Assembly: GCA_030704615.1 (NCBI GenBank)
Contig: CM060734.1
Span: 61,380,001-61,444,000 of the forward strand
Direction of reading: 5' to 3'
DNA: 64,000 bases
Source of the DNA: Takakia lepidozioides
Taxonomy: Eukaryota; Plantae; Bryophyta
A program made the translations under genes and the position numbers. Below are positions 21,501 through 35,000 of the stretch, one piece after another. Each line of letters starts with the position of its first letter. Positions within the stretch are counted from its first letter, which is position 1. The notes beneath the pieces are model-generated. The model saw only the letters and a list, made by a program, of their open reading frames with translations, did no database searches and had not been told where the DNA came from.

Positions 21501-22202
21501 AATGTTGTTTAGCAATCTATCCATTTATATTAAAATTATATGTGCTGATTGGGTTGTTTTGGCTGCTTTGTCTTGACAGAAATCTGAAGCAACAAGAAGG
21601 CTCTACAATGAAAATCCTTGCCATGGGATTATGGTAGCTGCCTAGAGTGTGTAGGATATACAAAAATCAGTGTATGTGAAGAAGGTATTGATGGATGCCG
21701 TAATATTCTTCAAATCATTGAATAACTTACCCTACATAATGAAAAAATCTATATGAAACCAATCTGGTAACTAAGATGTCCATTATTGATCATTGATCCA
21801 GTTTCAAGGGCTAACCATCTTGCATGGTTGGTCAATCCCTGCTTGGCATTTATTTAAGTTTAAAAAAAAAAATCTCATCATTTCAATATATGTAAATTTT
21901 TATTTTATAAATAGTTCATTTACATGACCGCAATATAACCGTTTTAAGGACCGCCGGTTATCTACCGGTTATGAAGTATATTGAACTTCCAGAACTAGTT
22001 AAAAAAACCGCCTGTGCAAAGGTCTTTAATAACCGGAATTGAACTTAACCGGGTTTTTTGAAAACATCAAAGAACCGCCTCCGGCGATTATTTAATTTTT
22101 TCTTTTGTCCATTTAACCGCTCCGGAGGTTCAAAAGAAGGGGCAATTGGCAAAGAACCTGCACCGGAGGAGCTCACGAAAACCTCATAACCGCCCAACAT
22201 TG
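18559..22202 (+). mobile_element. hAT element, right portion with right TIR
   Basis: Ends AACCGCCCAACATTG (22188-22202), one mismatch from the TIR of the MITE at 60778. AACCG subterminal repeats at 21930-22190. Left end not in window. Confidence 0.85.
18898..21456 (+). pseudogene. hAT transposase pseudogene
   Basis: BED-like finger (W..CIIC..H..H), SFDLW, KDQGSN, CFGH, MLDPRFK and C-terminal dimerisation motif NPLTWW..FPTI..SQIETE*IFS. Intron ~20094-20392; stops at ~20029, 20466 and 21215. Confidence 0.92.
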
Positions 22203-25200
22203 GTTGGCAAGTTCAGGCAGATGTCCCCTGGAAAAGGCATGACCTCCAGTAGAGGCATGACCTCCCTGCTTCTTACGACGCCACGTTGCTGGTCCACTGG
22301 CTGGTCAACCGGCGCGGCGTCCCGCTGGCCATGCAATTTCTGTACCCCCTGCATCCCATAAAAGATTCTGGGCAGCGCATTTACGCAATTTGCATGGTGT
22401 AAAGCGCGTTGGAAAGCTCTCTTGAAGCACCACATTTCATCTTCAGGGTGCTTCTTCATCCCAGTTCATCTGTAGGAGTGGTGGGCCCCACAAAATCTGG
22501 ACCCAATCTAGTCCTTAAGTAGGGCAATCGATATGGGATAATAGAAACGCTGGAAGAAAAGAAATCGCGGTCACGGGCTTTACGCAGTGGGAGTCCCCAC
22601 CTATTGGGTATACCTTGGTATTCGGGTCGTATGCAGGCTACGAACCCTCACACCGCGGAACACCCTCGTGGCCGGGACTCCCCCTATACATCTCATCACC
22701 CGCTTTCCCATACACTCTCTCTAAAGTATATGGCTCAATCTGCTGCACCTGTTCATTTTTCAACATTTTGGTTTTGTATGTGTGTATGTTTGCGAATAGG
22801 TATAGGTTCGGTGTCTCCGAAGTATGTCCGTTTTGTTTTTGGAGAAAGGGAGGAAGGGGCCCTGGTGTTTGGGCTACGGTGTTTTGTTTTCCCTTCTCTT
22901 TGCCTGAAGGGCACCACAGTCTTGCTGCCTTCTGTCTGCAGCTCAAATCAATCGCGGAGGTCCTCCTTGATGATGCAGCTCCTCCATCTGGGATTCAGGC
23001 AGTGGCCATTAACATCTCCCTGATCCTCTTTGGTTTCTCTGATGGGACCCCCTTCTATCCTTTTTACTGGGGTCAACATGCAAAGTCGTTATGTCCTGGC
23101 AAGGAGTTGGACCTCATCATCAACAAAATCAAAGACATGTTTGATGCTTTTCTACCTGACTTGGAACTCACTTCTGATACATGCAGTTGAAGCTCCTTCA
23201 TGAAATTTATTGGAATACTTTAGTCACTTGTTAACATTCCGTATTGAGCCTCCTCGATATTAGCACTTGTCCTGGAGGTTCAAGTCCAAGAAATTAGATA
23301 GATCCACAAGCTCATCCCCTGTAGCAAGAGACTTCGGTCAGCACCCAATGGAAGTGGATCCCAGATCCCTAAGGAGGTCTGTGGCAGCTAATCGTGGAAG
23401 ATGGAGTTCGTGAGGACGTACAAAAAAAAATGTAGCAACCAGCTCCCATCAAGATGATACTTCTAGTCTGTTGCTGGCATGGAATCTGCCAGCTGCAAAG
23501 CTTGATCATCAGCTGATAGGCAGTGGCTAATATTTCCAGCCATCAACAAATGTAATCTGCACCTAGATGTAATAATCTACACCTAGTTCTGCAGCCTACC
23601 GGCCATGCTCTATGGAACACATGCCATATTCCCAATCCCTCTGTGCCATACCTACATGCCCTTCTAGTGTTAATGCGCTTATACCACAGCTGAGGAATGG
23701 TGCAGAGTATTGCAACATGCAATTCACAGATAAATAGACACAAATAAAGGCCACTACTGACTAGAAACCAGATGAGACAAATGTAACAGTAGGGTCAGCC
23801 GCACACAATGCTCAAGCAGGAAAAATTAGGTACATGCCAATTCAGGACACCAACACAGCTCATCTGATTAAATCCACACAATCTGGGTCAAGTGTCCCAC
23901 CCCCCTTTCAGTTCAGAAGACAGGTTGTTTGCACGCAAATGGAAGGCAGCAAGAATGTACCAACGCTGCTGGATGAACTTATATCCAATATGTAAATACT
24001 GAATTGAAAAGAAAATAGTTTGTACCAGCTGCAAAACGTGCACTGGCCCTGCCTGTAGGTCTTCTCTACTTACTCTCAACAGAGGAGAGGCCTATTTAAC
24101 TGAGAGAAAAAAGGAGATGGAGAAAACATCTCATCTTACCCCTACTTTCTTACCTCCCAACCTATGGCACGGCATTCATAGGTGCTAATGCTGGGCACCA
24201 CGACTGGTGGTCAGAAGAACATACTAAAAAAGCGCAATACTCCTTGCTGCTCTAATACAGTGTTAAATCTTGTGCAAGGAAAGAGAAACCAAATCCTGGG
24301 GAAGAGAGGCCCGATAAATGATCATAGGCAGCCGGCCTCCTCCCTGTTCCGTAGAAGGCCCTCAGATCCGTCCCGCGATTCTGCAGCATAAATCTTCCAT
24401 GTGAATGCAATGACTAGCATACAAAGTGTTTCATTTATTACTACAGAAGCTGGTCCTTGGAAACTACACATGAACATGCCTGACCACTCTGACCACAAAC
24501 ACATTCTGTCAGACCCCAATTTATCCCCCTCCCAACCTTTTCAACAAACAGAGTTTCAACAAACAGAGGCCCCTTCCCTCCCTTACCAGATTCAGTCAAG
24601 AAGGATCAAAATAAAGACTTGCAGTAACACTATTGCTGGCATACATCTCCAGTGCAAGAAGCTCAGAAAGAGAAGAATGAACAAGGCTTTCATCACACTT
24701 CTTCCAAATCTAAATCAGGCATGTACGAACCGCTTAAAAGTAGTCGTGGGTGAGAGTGGTAATGCTTCAAACCCCAAAGGTGCCTTTTACCACACAATCA
24801 GTCAGGTGAGCGGAGTGCTGATTACTTCCTCTCATAGCCAACAAGTGGAAGCTTGACTCCTAGGGAGGTTACTCATACGTGTGCACCTTGAACCCCATGT
24901 ACATGTTTGGATGGAGAAGACCTGCCACATTAGACAGGACAATCATGTCAATCAATGCATTTCTTATGTGAGCAACAGGTACACCGCAGACCAAGTTTTG
25001 CCAGGTTAGATCTGACATGTGTCCACTGTCACCCTGCCTTCACCAGACTATGAAATATCACATGTAAGTTGGGATGACCAAGCATTTGAAACTCATGGAC
25101 TTTCAAGAACAGCATGTCACACTATGATCAGTTATCTACATGACACGCCAATTCCTAGGTCTTCTGGCTGAATTGAAGACAAGATTCTTTTCAGAATAAA

Positions 25201-25242
25201 ACAGCATGCTGGAAGTAGTTACCAGATGTAACGTCAGTCTCC

Positions 25243-28200
25243 TTATGACACAAATGGGTCTCGTGAGTGGTACTGCCCAGACCACTGCTGCTGCTGCTGC
25301 TGCTGCTGCTTGTTTTGCTGTTGTTGTTGCTGCTGTTGCTGTTGCTGTTGCTGACGTTGGAGCATCATCAGATGTTGCTGCTGCCAGTGGTGAACATGGG
25401 CTTGCGCTTGGGCCTGGGCTTCATAGAGCTGCCTTTGATGCTGCTGCAGATCATACTTTTGTTGAACTTCACTAGATGATGGCTGTGGCTGTGGCGGGGG
25501 GGTACTTGTGGTAGTTCGGAGATGAGTAGCACCCATGCCCGGGAAAGGAAAGGCTGTGGTCTCAGAGGTTGAGCTTGGAGGGTTGCCACTGGACCACATC
25601 CCATAGGAGCTGTAGAGTGAAGAACTTCCCTGCCCAGGATACCCTGTCTGCATCACTGCAGGCTTTGCACTTTTGTAATCATCCAACCAGCCATAGTCAT
25701 CCACTTGGTGCTGTTCATCTCCCTCATTGTTATCATTCCGGCTCAACTGATTTGACGCAGATTGGCGAGAAATGCCTTGAGGAGTTCCAAACGCGGCATT
25801 TAGCACAGGCTTGGCAGGAAGAGGGCCAAAACCAGGGGGTGGGCGCATGGCCAGAGGCCCTACCCTTTTCACCATCGGGTTCTCTTTAGCACTCCATGTG
25901 CTGCTGACAGAAGGTGTCACAACTCCATTACTAGTACTTAAATACCTAGTCGGCACTGCGATCGTTGGAGACTCAGTTTCATTTGACAGTGGGAGGGCAG
26001 TTGAAATCGGTTTATTCTCTGCAACCAGGCTAGCATTACAAATAGGAGCCCCCAGGCGTAGACTGGACAGGCCATTTGTGGCCAATGCCTCCAACTGGGA
26101 ACTCCATAAAGATGTGCTGGCAGGAGTCTGCTTGGGTTGTCCAATCACTCCAGCCGCTGTTGACACTTTGTCTGGGTTGTTGGCAAACACACTCCTGATA
26201 CCCGGTGCCCACTCCGCAATACTTGGAGGACAGTAGGCAGGTGCAACCACCATCTGATTCAACCAGTCCCCTGCAGAGCTTGCACTGGTGGATGTCGTAG
26301 GGAGCCCAAAAGACCCCATGGGGCCACCTTCCTTCATAGGAATACTAAATCCAGATGATACCAACAATGATAGAGAAGCTGCCACACTAGGCAATGAAGG
26401 TGGTGCAGTGGCTATGCTTCCATTGAGAGAGCTAGAAAGCCATGGTGCAGGGATCGCAAGCTCAACATCATCAGACCTTGTGGATGTCATCAGAGGAGTA
26501 CTAACTAGATAGCTCGAACCCTCAGATGCCATATGAAAGCCCTGGTTACCCTGGCTAGGGCCCTGATTGCCAGAAGTCAAAGACAGCGAATCTCTGTCCC
26601 TAGAAACTTCAGGGACCCAGGGACTTTCAAGACCATTTTTCACCACCAAGTTTGGCTGAGCAGATAATTCAGTAGTCACAGCAGCAGAAGCACTCTCAGA
26701 TGTCCCCGCCCTATCTAGTGCAAGTGATTCTGTACCTGGTGGGGATGTAGGTTGTCTGCCCTTGCTCAAGGGCTTGAATACAATAACTTCCTCATCCTCT
26801 TCTTCCCCTGGGCCAATTTTAAATGAGGGGCCTCTCATGATTGACACTTGCTTCTCTTGGGGGGTCTCCAAACTCCAGCCTCCACCAGTACTAGTGTTTG
26901 GTAGTATATCGGCAATATCCTCAGAGTTGTGAACTCCTTCCTCTCCCAAGTCATTAGGTTCATCCATGTCCAAGCCCATATCTTTCTTCTGGCGCACCTC
27001 TCCAGCCATTACAAACTTCTCTAGTTCATCATCGTAGCATATTCCCCGTCCTGTACTTTCCAGGGCATTGGCAACTGCCTTTCCAGCTGCCAGCAGCCTC
27101 TGAACACGAACATGACGTTCCTTCTTGTCCCCCATACCAACCCGGGGAGGACGTTTCGAATAGTCCAACGCAGTCTGAGCTGGAACAAGAGGAACAAAGC
27201 CTCGGAGTTCATAGTCCTCCCAAAGAGCAACTCCCCCCTCACTTCTATCCTCGCTGAACCCGTCGAGGGAGCCAAGAGTTAGTCCTCCCTCTAGTGCTCC
27301 ATTCATATCACCCAGTACCTTGGAGCTTTCGGCAAAGCTATTTAAAACAGTCAGGCACTGTCTCCAAAAGAAAACTCTGGCGCTTTCCTGTTTTACATCA
27401 ACCTCGCTCCCTACAGCCATTTCAGGCCGGCAAGCTAGCCACTCCATGAAAACAAGTATGGCTGGGAGAAGAGGGCTTTTCGAAGCATCTCTAGCTTCGC
27501 CACAGCGACGCATTAGGCGTCCAGCACACTCAAATGCAGCTGTAGAAGCATGCTGTAAGAGGGCTGAGCGCTGTAAAATTTCTGCATAAGTTGGGTGATG
27601 CATTTCTGGTCCCCAATTAACATTGTGGACAGTGAAGATGAGAATTGCCACTAACTGAAGCACGCCAGATGCACCTGCACTGCCCATCCCTATACCACTG
27701 CGATGGTCTGCCCCTAGGCCCGCCTCCAGGCTGGCATCCTCCCCTGACAATATTTGCTCCAGCTCACGCACTGTCGCTGCATACACTTCCGAAAACATCT
27801 CGAGGCTAGCAAGTAATCAAATGACAACAAGGGTTAGGGGCCTCTTGCCGGTCATTAACAACACAAAGCAATACCCTTGGGACCAATGACAGGAAAGAGG
27901 AGATTAGCTCTTTCAAAAATTACTGACCTGGTTCTTGTGAAAAGTATCCCATTTAGTCGCACAAAGCAAACACGAAAACTCTTCCTAAGTTCAGCATTGG
28001 ATGCCGAGTCCACCTTTGGGTCCGCACCCTCTGCCTTGCAATCTTTCACTGCAAGCTCTTTCACTGCAAGCTTAAGTGCTCCATCTCCAGCAGAAAGAAT
28101 CCGGTTTCCTTTTCCCATTTTCCCATTCTCATAAACCTTTGGTGCTTCTAACTTGAGACCAGAGCCCACTCGTTCATTCGAAGCTGGATGCAGCTGCGTG

Positions 28201-30595
28201 TAGTGCTGTCGATTCTGACACCACAGCATTCACCACCAGAAAATGTTGAGAAAGTTGAGAACATAGGAAGAAGTTTGGTCATATACAAATGGGAACTTGA
28301 AAGTCCAGGATGAGTCTCAGTACAGAAATGACTGAATTTCTGCATCTTTTCATACCTGGGCCAGTTTTTTTCATGCACCCTTATTTAGAAGCAGTAGTTA
28401 TTAAACGGGTCAATGAAGCACCAATTGTAACTAGTTCCACTGTTGGTACTTTATTAATTAGAAACCAATTTTCAAACCAAACAACCGTCAAAACATTATT
28501 GCATTCAAACTACAATACTTTTCTATTCTTATGAAAGGGAGGGTAGCACACCCCCCCCAAAATCAAACGTCAGTTTCAAACATCTTCACCTAACACCTCT
28601 CCAAGCCACAAGGGCCAGCTCTCTCACACACTTTCCCAACATGTAACTCGCTCTTAAGAAACTTGACACATACTCACCTTTTCAAATAAGAGAATAAGAT
28701 TGTCTCTTGCAGTAAGAAATGGAGTTTCCACAGCAATACTGCGGGAATAATGGTACACCGCAAGCAGCTCATCCCCCACGTATGTTGCCAACACAGCCAG
28801 CTGTACCCAGCTCCCATGCAGTAATAAATTGTTTAGAACGCATGAGGCCAACAGTGCAAAGTATAACTGAAGCCTTTCACCCCTTCCACAACTTAATATT
28901 GAGATAACTGAGAAGAAACTCTCCCTCTCCCCCAGATCTCCCTGATATGCTACTGCAGTACATCCTCTCTGCCCAGCCCCTTCAGTTTCTGCCACTCATT
29001 CCTAGTCTTACACACAGGTACCAACCTGATTGTGAGGATTGCCACTGGAAGGCCAAAGAGAAGCTGCCTGAAGATAATATCCAGCAGCTACAGACCAGTC
29101 ATAGCTATGCACATCCTGAGCATCTCCATTCAACTCTTTGTAACGTGCAAGATCGCCCAAGTAGATCAAGCAGCGATGGCAGGAGAGTTGACATCGTTTC
29201 ACTTCAGCTGACCGTTTCTCATCCTCAAATGATATACCAGCCTCTATGCCTTCGAAGGCTGAATAATCCTGGGGCAGATCATGCTTGGCTCGCAACTTCA
29301 ATATTAGGTTATGATAAAACCCTGTCGCCTCCGCAAGGAAGCTCCTGAATATGGCCAGGATTTTGTGGATGGGTTCTCTTCTTGGAACAACTTTGGCTCC
29401 TGGCATGGGTATACTGGGAGCAGCTGCTGCCGCAGCTGCCATTGCATGGCTTTTCTTGATTTTAGCCCGAAACTCCTCAATCTGCTTGTAGTGCAAGCGC
29501 CAGATTGCTTGTTCAACATCGTGGGACTCTGCAAGCTCATGATCCTCAAGAATGACAGCAGCAAAGTTCTCCCGGATGTTGTTGCGCAGCGAAGACACGT
29601 TTGAATCAAATGGCCCCTTGGCTTGAAGCAAAGCACGTAGCTGCTTCTCAAGCTCCAGGGCCTGCAACCAAGAGGCAATGATCACTTCATGTACCCCATG
29701 ATGTTGACATCCATATCAAACACATGTCACAGAAGGAAGGTAAAACTCAACCTATACCAAACACAAGAGCATTCCAGGCCTACATACCTTGCATCATATA
29801 TAGCCTTATCCCACAAACCAAAACCACAACCTTAAATTTCGGTAAATAGTACAAAGTAGTAGAACTTGAAGCCCTAAAAGTGCAGGGAAGGAATAAGGTC
29901 TGAAAGAGTAGAATAGAGAATCAGAGGCTGACCTTGTAGATCTACAACCCTCCAACGTTAGACAACCTTATCTCTCCAGCCAAAACTACACCTTAAAACA
30001 ACGAGTGATAGAAATTGAAATCCCAGATCTCTGAAAGTAAGGGAAAGAACAAGATGTGAATTACCAGTGTGCGGGGATAATTCGATACAGGTGCATTTAA
30101 GAAAAAATGTCTTATGCATGAAAAAGGGCCAGACTCTAATGAACACGGTTTCACAGTAAAATACCCTTGAGGTGCAGGGGAGAAAGGCATTAAAAAGTGA
30201 CAGCACCAAGCTGAGTCACGACAAAGGGGAATAAAAATAAAAATCAACAAGTAGGACAAATCACAATTTAAATTTGACAGAGACATTCTATCGGCGGAGG
30301 GGAAGTTATGAGAGAGCAAGACGAAAAGTTGCTAGGGAGCAAAAGGTGTTCATAACACCCTGCCTGCAGTACACCAGCAGTACACCTTTCAACCGTACAT
30401 CTTTTTCTCACAATTCCTCCCACAAACCAGCCGTATGAAGATAACACGGTTGGAGCGACAAGACATACTTTCTCACTGGAGGGTGCATGCGAAGGGAGGA
30501 AGTAAAGCGCATGAGAAACACACCTGGTTATAGCGTTGTTGCGCCAGGGCTTGCAGCGGAGATGTCTGAGAGGTATCACTTGGCAGGCTCATCAT
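25243..30595 (-). CDS. SMG7: SMG7/EST1-family nonsense-mediated decay factor
   Basis: Exons 30595-30524, 29661-29026, 28800-28678, 28214-27928, 27805-25243. Motifs VEQAIWRLHY, CHRCLIYLGDLARYKE, WPSSGNPHNQLA, LWEDYELRGF, RPPPGFGP. Confidence 0.95.
25284..25385 (-). repeat. CAG/CAA repeat encoding polyglutamine in SMG7 C-terminus
   Basis: Plus-strand (TGC/TGT)n runs; translation RQQQQQQQQQQQQNKQQQQQQQQW. Confidence 0.9.
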
Positions 30596-31299
30596 CCATC
30601 TCTCATGCACCTCTCGGTCTCCACCTATGTCTACCTCCACTGATGTCTTACGATCCTCCCTCTTAAGCTGCTCCCGCACGAATTCCGCCCGTATTCTAAC
30701 CCTACCCTGCGTTTCCCCAACGCACTCGTTAAACCAAACTTCCTCTTTAAAATCAGTATTCCTTCCTCTTACTCTTCCTCTTCAAACTTCCACCACCTTT
30801 TCACTTTGTGGCAACGGCTTGATCAACTCCTATCGAGCGTCCCATACCCCCACCGATCACCGCGAGAAAAAGACGACCGATGACAGCACTAGCCAGTAGG
30901 GCACGAGCCCCACAGGAACGCGCCAATCACCGACACAATCACAGCATCAAAGATTCCCTGTAAGCAGCGGAGAAGGAAAGTGAAAATAAAAGACGCATAT
31001 GCAAGCGTAGAAACTCGAAACAACCTAGTAGGTATGCCAGCAGCCTTCACAAGCCTTCAGACACTCACAGAGCTGAAGCCAGCGCAAATCTCAAACCTAG
31101 GGAACCAGAAAAGAATCCTCCAAAGCAGAAATGGAAGCTACATGCAGCCATACAGATCTGACAATCCACCAACAGATCCCTATAGAAATCGCAGAGAAAG
31201 AAATCGATCGTTGGAAAGAGTCGAGCGCCTCAGACCCTAGTGTGCAAGTTGAACGAGAGAGACGGCAGCCTATCTCTGCATTATTGCGGATCCCACACC

Positions 31300-31440
31300 C
31301 CCTATTCCCGCTCTCTCCTCTCATTGGCTGCTATAAATACCCCCTATAACCGTGGGGCCTTCCTATTCGCTCATTATAAAATACACCGCCTCCTATTGGC
31401 TGCGGCCTTGAGCACGTGGCTTCCTCCTATATGGTGAGAC
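31300..31440. promoter_or_regulatory. Divergent promoter region between SMG7 and KOB1
   Basis: Repeated ATTGG (CCAAT) and TATAAA pairs plus a CACGTG G-box at ~31412, between head-to-head genes. Confidence 0.5.
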
Positions 31441-32088
31441 ATCAATCTCGATGATCTTTTCCTCCACTGTAGATCAACAGAGTTCATCCAACACTGCGGC
31501 TGTTGTCAGTTTGAGGTGAACAGAGTTCGTCGGGCTAGGTCGTCTCTCTCGCAAATCCGTGCGGGGATATTCTTGTCTGTGTCGTTCACAGATCTCTGCC
31601 ATGCAGATTCTTACGCGGTTTTTAATATGATTGCACAGCAGGAAAGGGTGCAAGGCGGGCGACTGGGATAGTTTATGGAAGCACAGGAATGAGATCATGG
31701 TGGGCCTAAGCCGTGGATAGTGTCCCACTGCAACCTCTGCGGGGTTTGGTTGCTTCTTTTTGGAGTTTCTCTGGAGCATATTTAAGGAAGCGACCTGCAG
31801 AGTGCAGGGGTGTTTGTGGCAGCTTGTCCGCTGTGGATTTTTAATAATCCCTAGACTGATTCTTTTCTCTCTCTCGGGGGGTTTCCTCATGTAAATGTTT
31901 TGGCTTCTCTTCTCTCCGCCAGAAGGGCAGTAGGCTCGTTCTTATAAACGGGCCTCCTGTTCAACTTGTATGTGCAAGCAATGTCATCTTGCCAAATGGT
32001 GAACGCGCTTGCAATCGGCCTGGGATAAAGGACAGGGCCAAGAAAGGCATTGACGAGATTGGGAGGGGAGGCCCATGTGCGAAGACAC

Positions 32089-35000
32089 ATGGCGGGAGTC
32101 TACGGTTCTCGGTTTGGGCAGACGCAGACATCGACTTCTTCGAGGATTCTGTTTGTGCTAACGGCCCTGCCATTGTCTCTAGCTATCTTTGCCTTTGCAT
32201 TGCAATGGAGAGGTGGGGAGCTCGCCGATCCTGCACGCATTGGACAGCTGGGGGGGGATAATTCACGGCTTCCTGGCGTCCAGATCAGCTCCCCGGCAGG
32301 TGGGCACTCGATGACAAGCCCCGACTGTGTTAATCAGTTGCATCGAAGTGCAGTTCCCGCTTTTCCTCACCACCCAGGCTGGCAGTATGCGATTCTCGAT
32401 GATGCTCATCCTAAGGTGACTCTCTCTTTTGGCCCTCAATCCTGCGAGTGGGTCGTTGGGGCTGTGAAAGAGCTATGCTTGCCCCCTACTAGTATTCCCA
32501 CCTGCTTCGAGTTTCTGCAATGGTCGCTAATGCTTTTGGGTTCACCCTATAAACTGGAAGATGTTATCTTGGCATCCAAATTCTATCATCTAGGCTGGCA
32601 ATGTGGCAGAATATCATGAATGGATGGCATGGACACAAGCAACAGCATGGATACTATCCTGCGAGGCATTATGTCCATACGCAGTAGTGCAACTATCGCC
32701 CTTTACATGTGCTTGCACTGCAGTTCTATGAAGGGATTGTAGCGCTACTGACACTGATAGAAAACGGAAATGCATAATATGTAGGCAGTGAGTATTTCGT
32801 TGTGCCCATCCCACCCTCTTCTCGGAAGGATGCAACTGGCTTGTGCTGCATTGTCTTCTGGCTACCCTTCATTGCCACTGATGCCATCACTTAGTTGACT
32901 TTGTCTGAGAATAACTTCACAAGCTTTTGCTTGTTGTGTAATCGTCGGCCTGTGCTGTCAGGGAAGAATGCTGGTGTCATTTGGCTTCCATCTTGGTTTG
33001 TTCATCTGGCTGCTTGCCCTGCCAGGAATGTTGTTTGTTGGCTTGCTAAGGGAGTATCTTTTGGACAGGCAGTGGAATTAAGGAAGTACGCCAGAACAAA
33101 GCTTATAAATAAGTAAAGCCTCCACTACTGTGAGTGGGGTAAACACCAGCAAACTAACTACATTGTTCCTCATGTCGCTAGTAAATGCATTTAAAGTCAG
33201 CAGTCAAAATGGAAAGAGAGAAGAGGCTCACATTTTGTTTTGGAATGGATGGGAACAGGTCTCAATAACGACGAGCACTTCAGCAGGATTAGAGCAGATA
33301 TTACCATGGCTATATTACCACCGGGTCATTGGTGTCACCAACTTTTTTCTGTTCGTCGAGGGCAAGGCTGCCTCACCCAACTCAACGGCTGTTCTTGAAA
33401 GCATTCCCGTGTGTAATCCAACTCCAGCACTTGCTTCATGACTCTGATGAATTTCAACCACGAGGCAGGCTTAAGCATTGTTTGCAGGTCCTATCTTAGA
33501 GGATGCAAGATTATGAAGTAAACATGGAACACAGTAGCTTTGTCAGGAATCCATTTATGAATGCCAAAGTTCTCTTCACTCTTCTTTCTTGTAACAAAAC
33601 CAAGGAGAAGTAATTGGCAAGTGCAAATTATGTAGTATAGTTTGTGTGCACATTTGGAATTGATGGTTTCATATCAGGCTTCATATGATTGGCCCTGCAG
33701 TTGATGCACCTGCTATCAACTAGTTTTAGGGGCTTTGCCTTGGATGTATGTTCCTGGTCATAATGGGAAATCAAATCCGGCTGTCTCTACTCTGGGAGGG
33801 ACTAACAGGGATATCTGGTGCAAAACCACTATCCGAAGTTAATCATATGGCTCCAGGGAAATCTGGAACATCACTTCTGAGAATGTTGTAAGTGTGTGCC
33901 GAGTGGCAGATTGAGATATGAGCGGTGTTGATGTGCTTTCGGAGGTCAATTGAGGCTGAATCTGATGCATGGATGCAGGGCGTGAAGGTCATACATCGCA
34001 CCAAGGAGCTAGAGGAGAAGCAGTCTAAAAGGTCCTTGTCATATCCATTTGGGCATGACCATGATGGTCTCTGCCAATCGATTTGCATGCAGGTGTTGAA
34101 GACCATGAGATCTGCAGACTTGTGTGACCAAAAATTGTTGGAACTTAAAACTTTGATGTTTAAGTTTTAGTGGGACAGAACCAGAGAAAGAGAGCATGCA
34201 GTTGTGCATTTAATCTAAGCTTTCACTGAATTTGTGTTGCATGTGCAGTCGAATATGGAATGAGACCTGGTTGTCTGGTTTCTTTTTTAAGCCCTGTAAC
34301 TATGAGCTGTTTGTGAAGCAGTCTCTCAACATGGAGATGGCCATTGTATATGCAAGGGTGAGCCGTGTGCCTCCGTCGCAGTGAATAGAGCAACATGGTT
34401 CTCCTTTCCGAAGGGTACTAGTTTAGTCATTGCCCACCTGTAACTAAGAGATCCTATTGGCTGCTCATGGATATAGATGGAGAGTACCTGTGGAACTGGT
34501 TGCAAGGGTTTACCAGACCTAATGTGATGGCAAAGAATCAGACTGTCATTGAAAGGATTGAGATTGTGACATGTTTGATTTGTTCTTGCAGTAGCCCTGT
34601 GACTAGACAGACTAAAGAACTGGATATCTGAACATCCTGGCTTGGCATGTGGGCCAGGAAGCAGGCATGGATTGGATAATCCATCTGGACACTGATGAGT
34701 TGCTTCATCCCGCTGGTGCCCCTGAGTATTCATTACGACGTCTACTTCGAGATGTTGCCGCTGATGTGGATATGGTGGTGTTCCCCAATTATGTAAGTAT
34801 TTGCTCCTTGTATTTTTGCAACAGCAAGACGAACTGGCTTGATACTTCCAATACTTGCAGATCTTACCACCCTTACTTGTGGTGAGCTTTATTATTTCTT
34901 CCTCCATTGATGCATGGACTTTCAATTGGTGTGTAGCTAGTTTGTGGTTTCAACAAGAGAGCTCAACTAGTTTGCTGAGTATCTTTTTCCAATCATGTGG

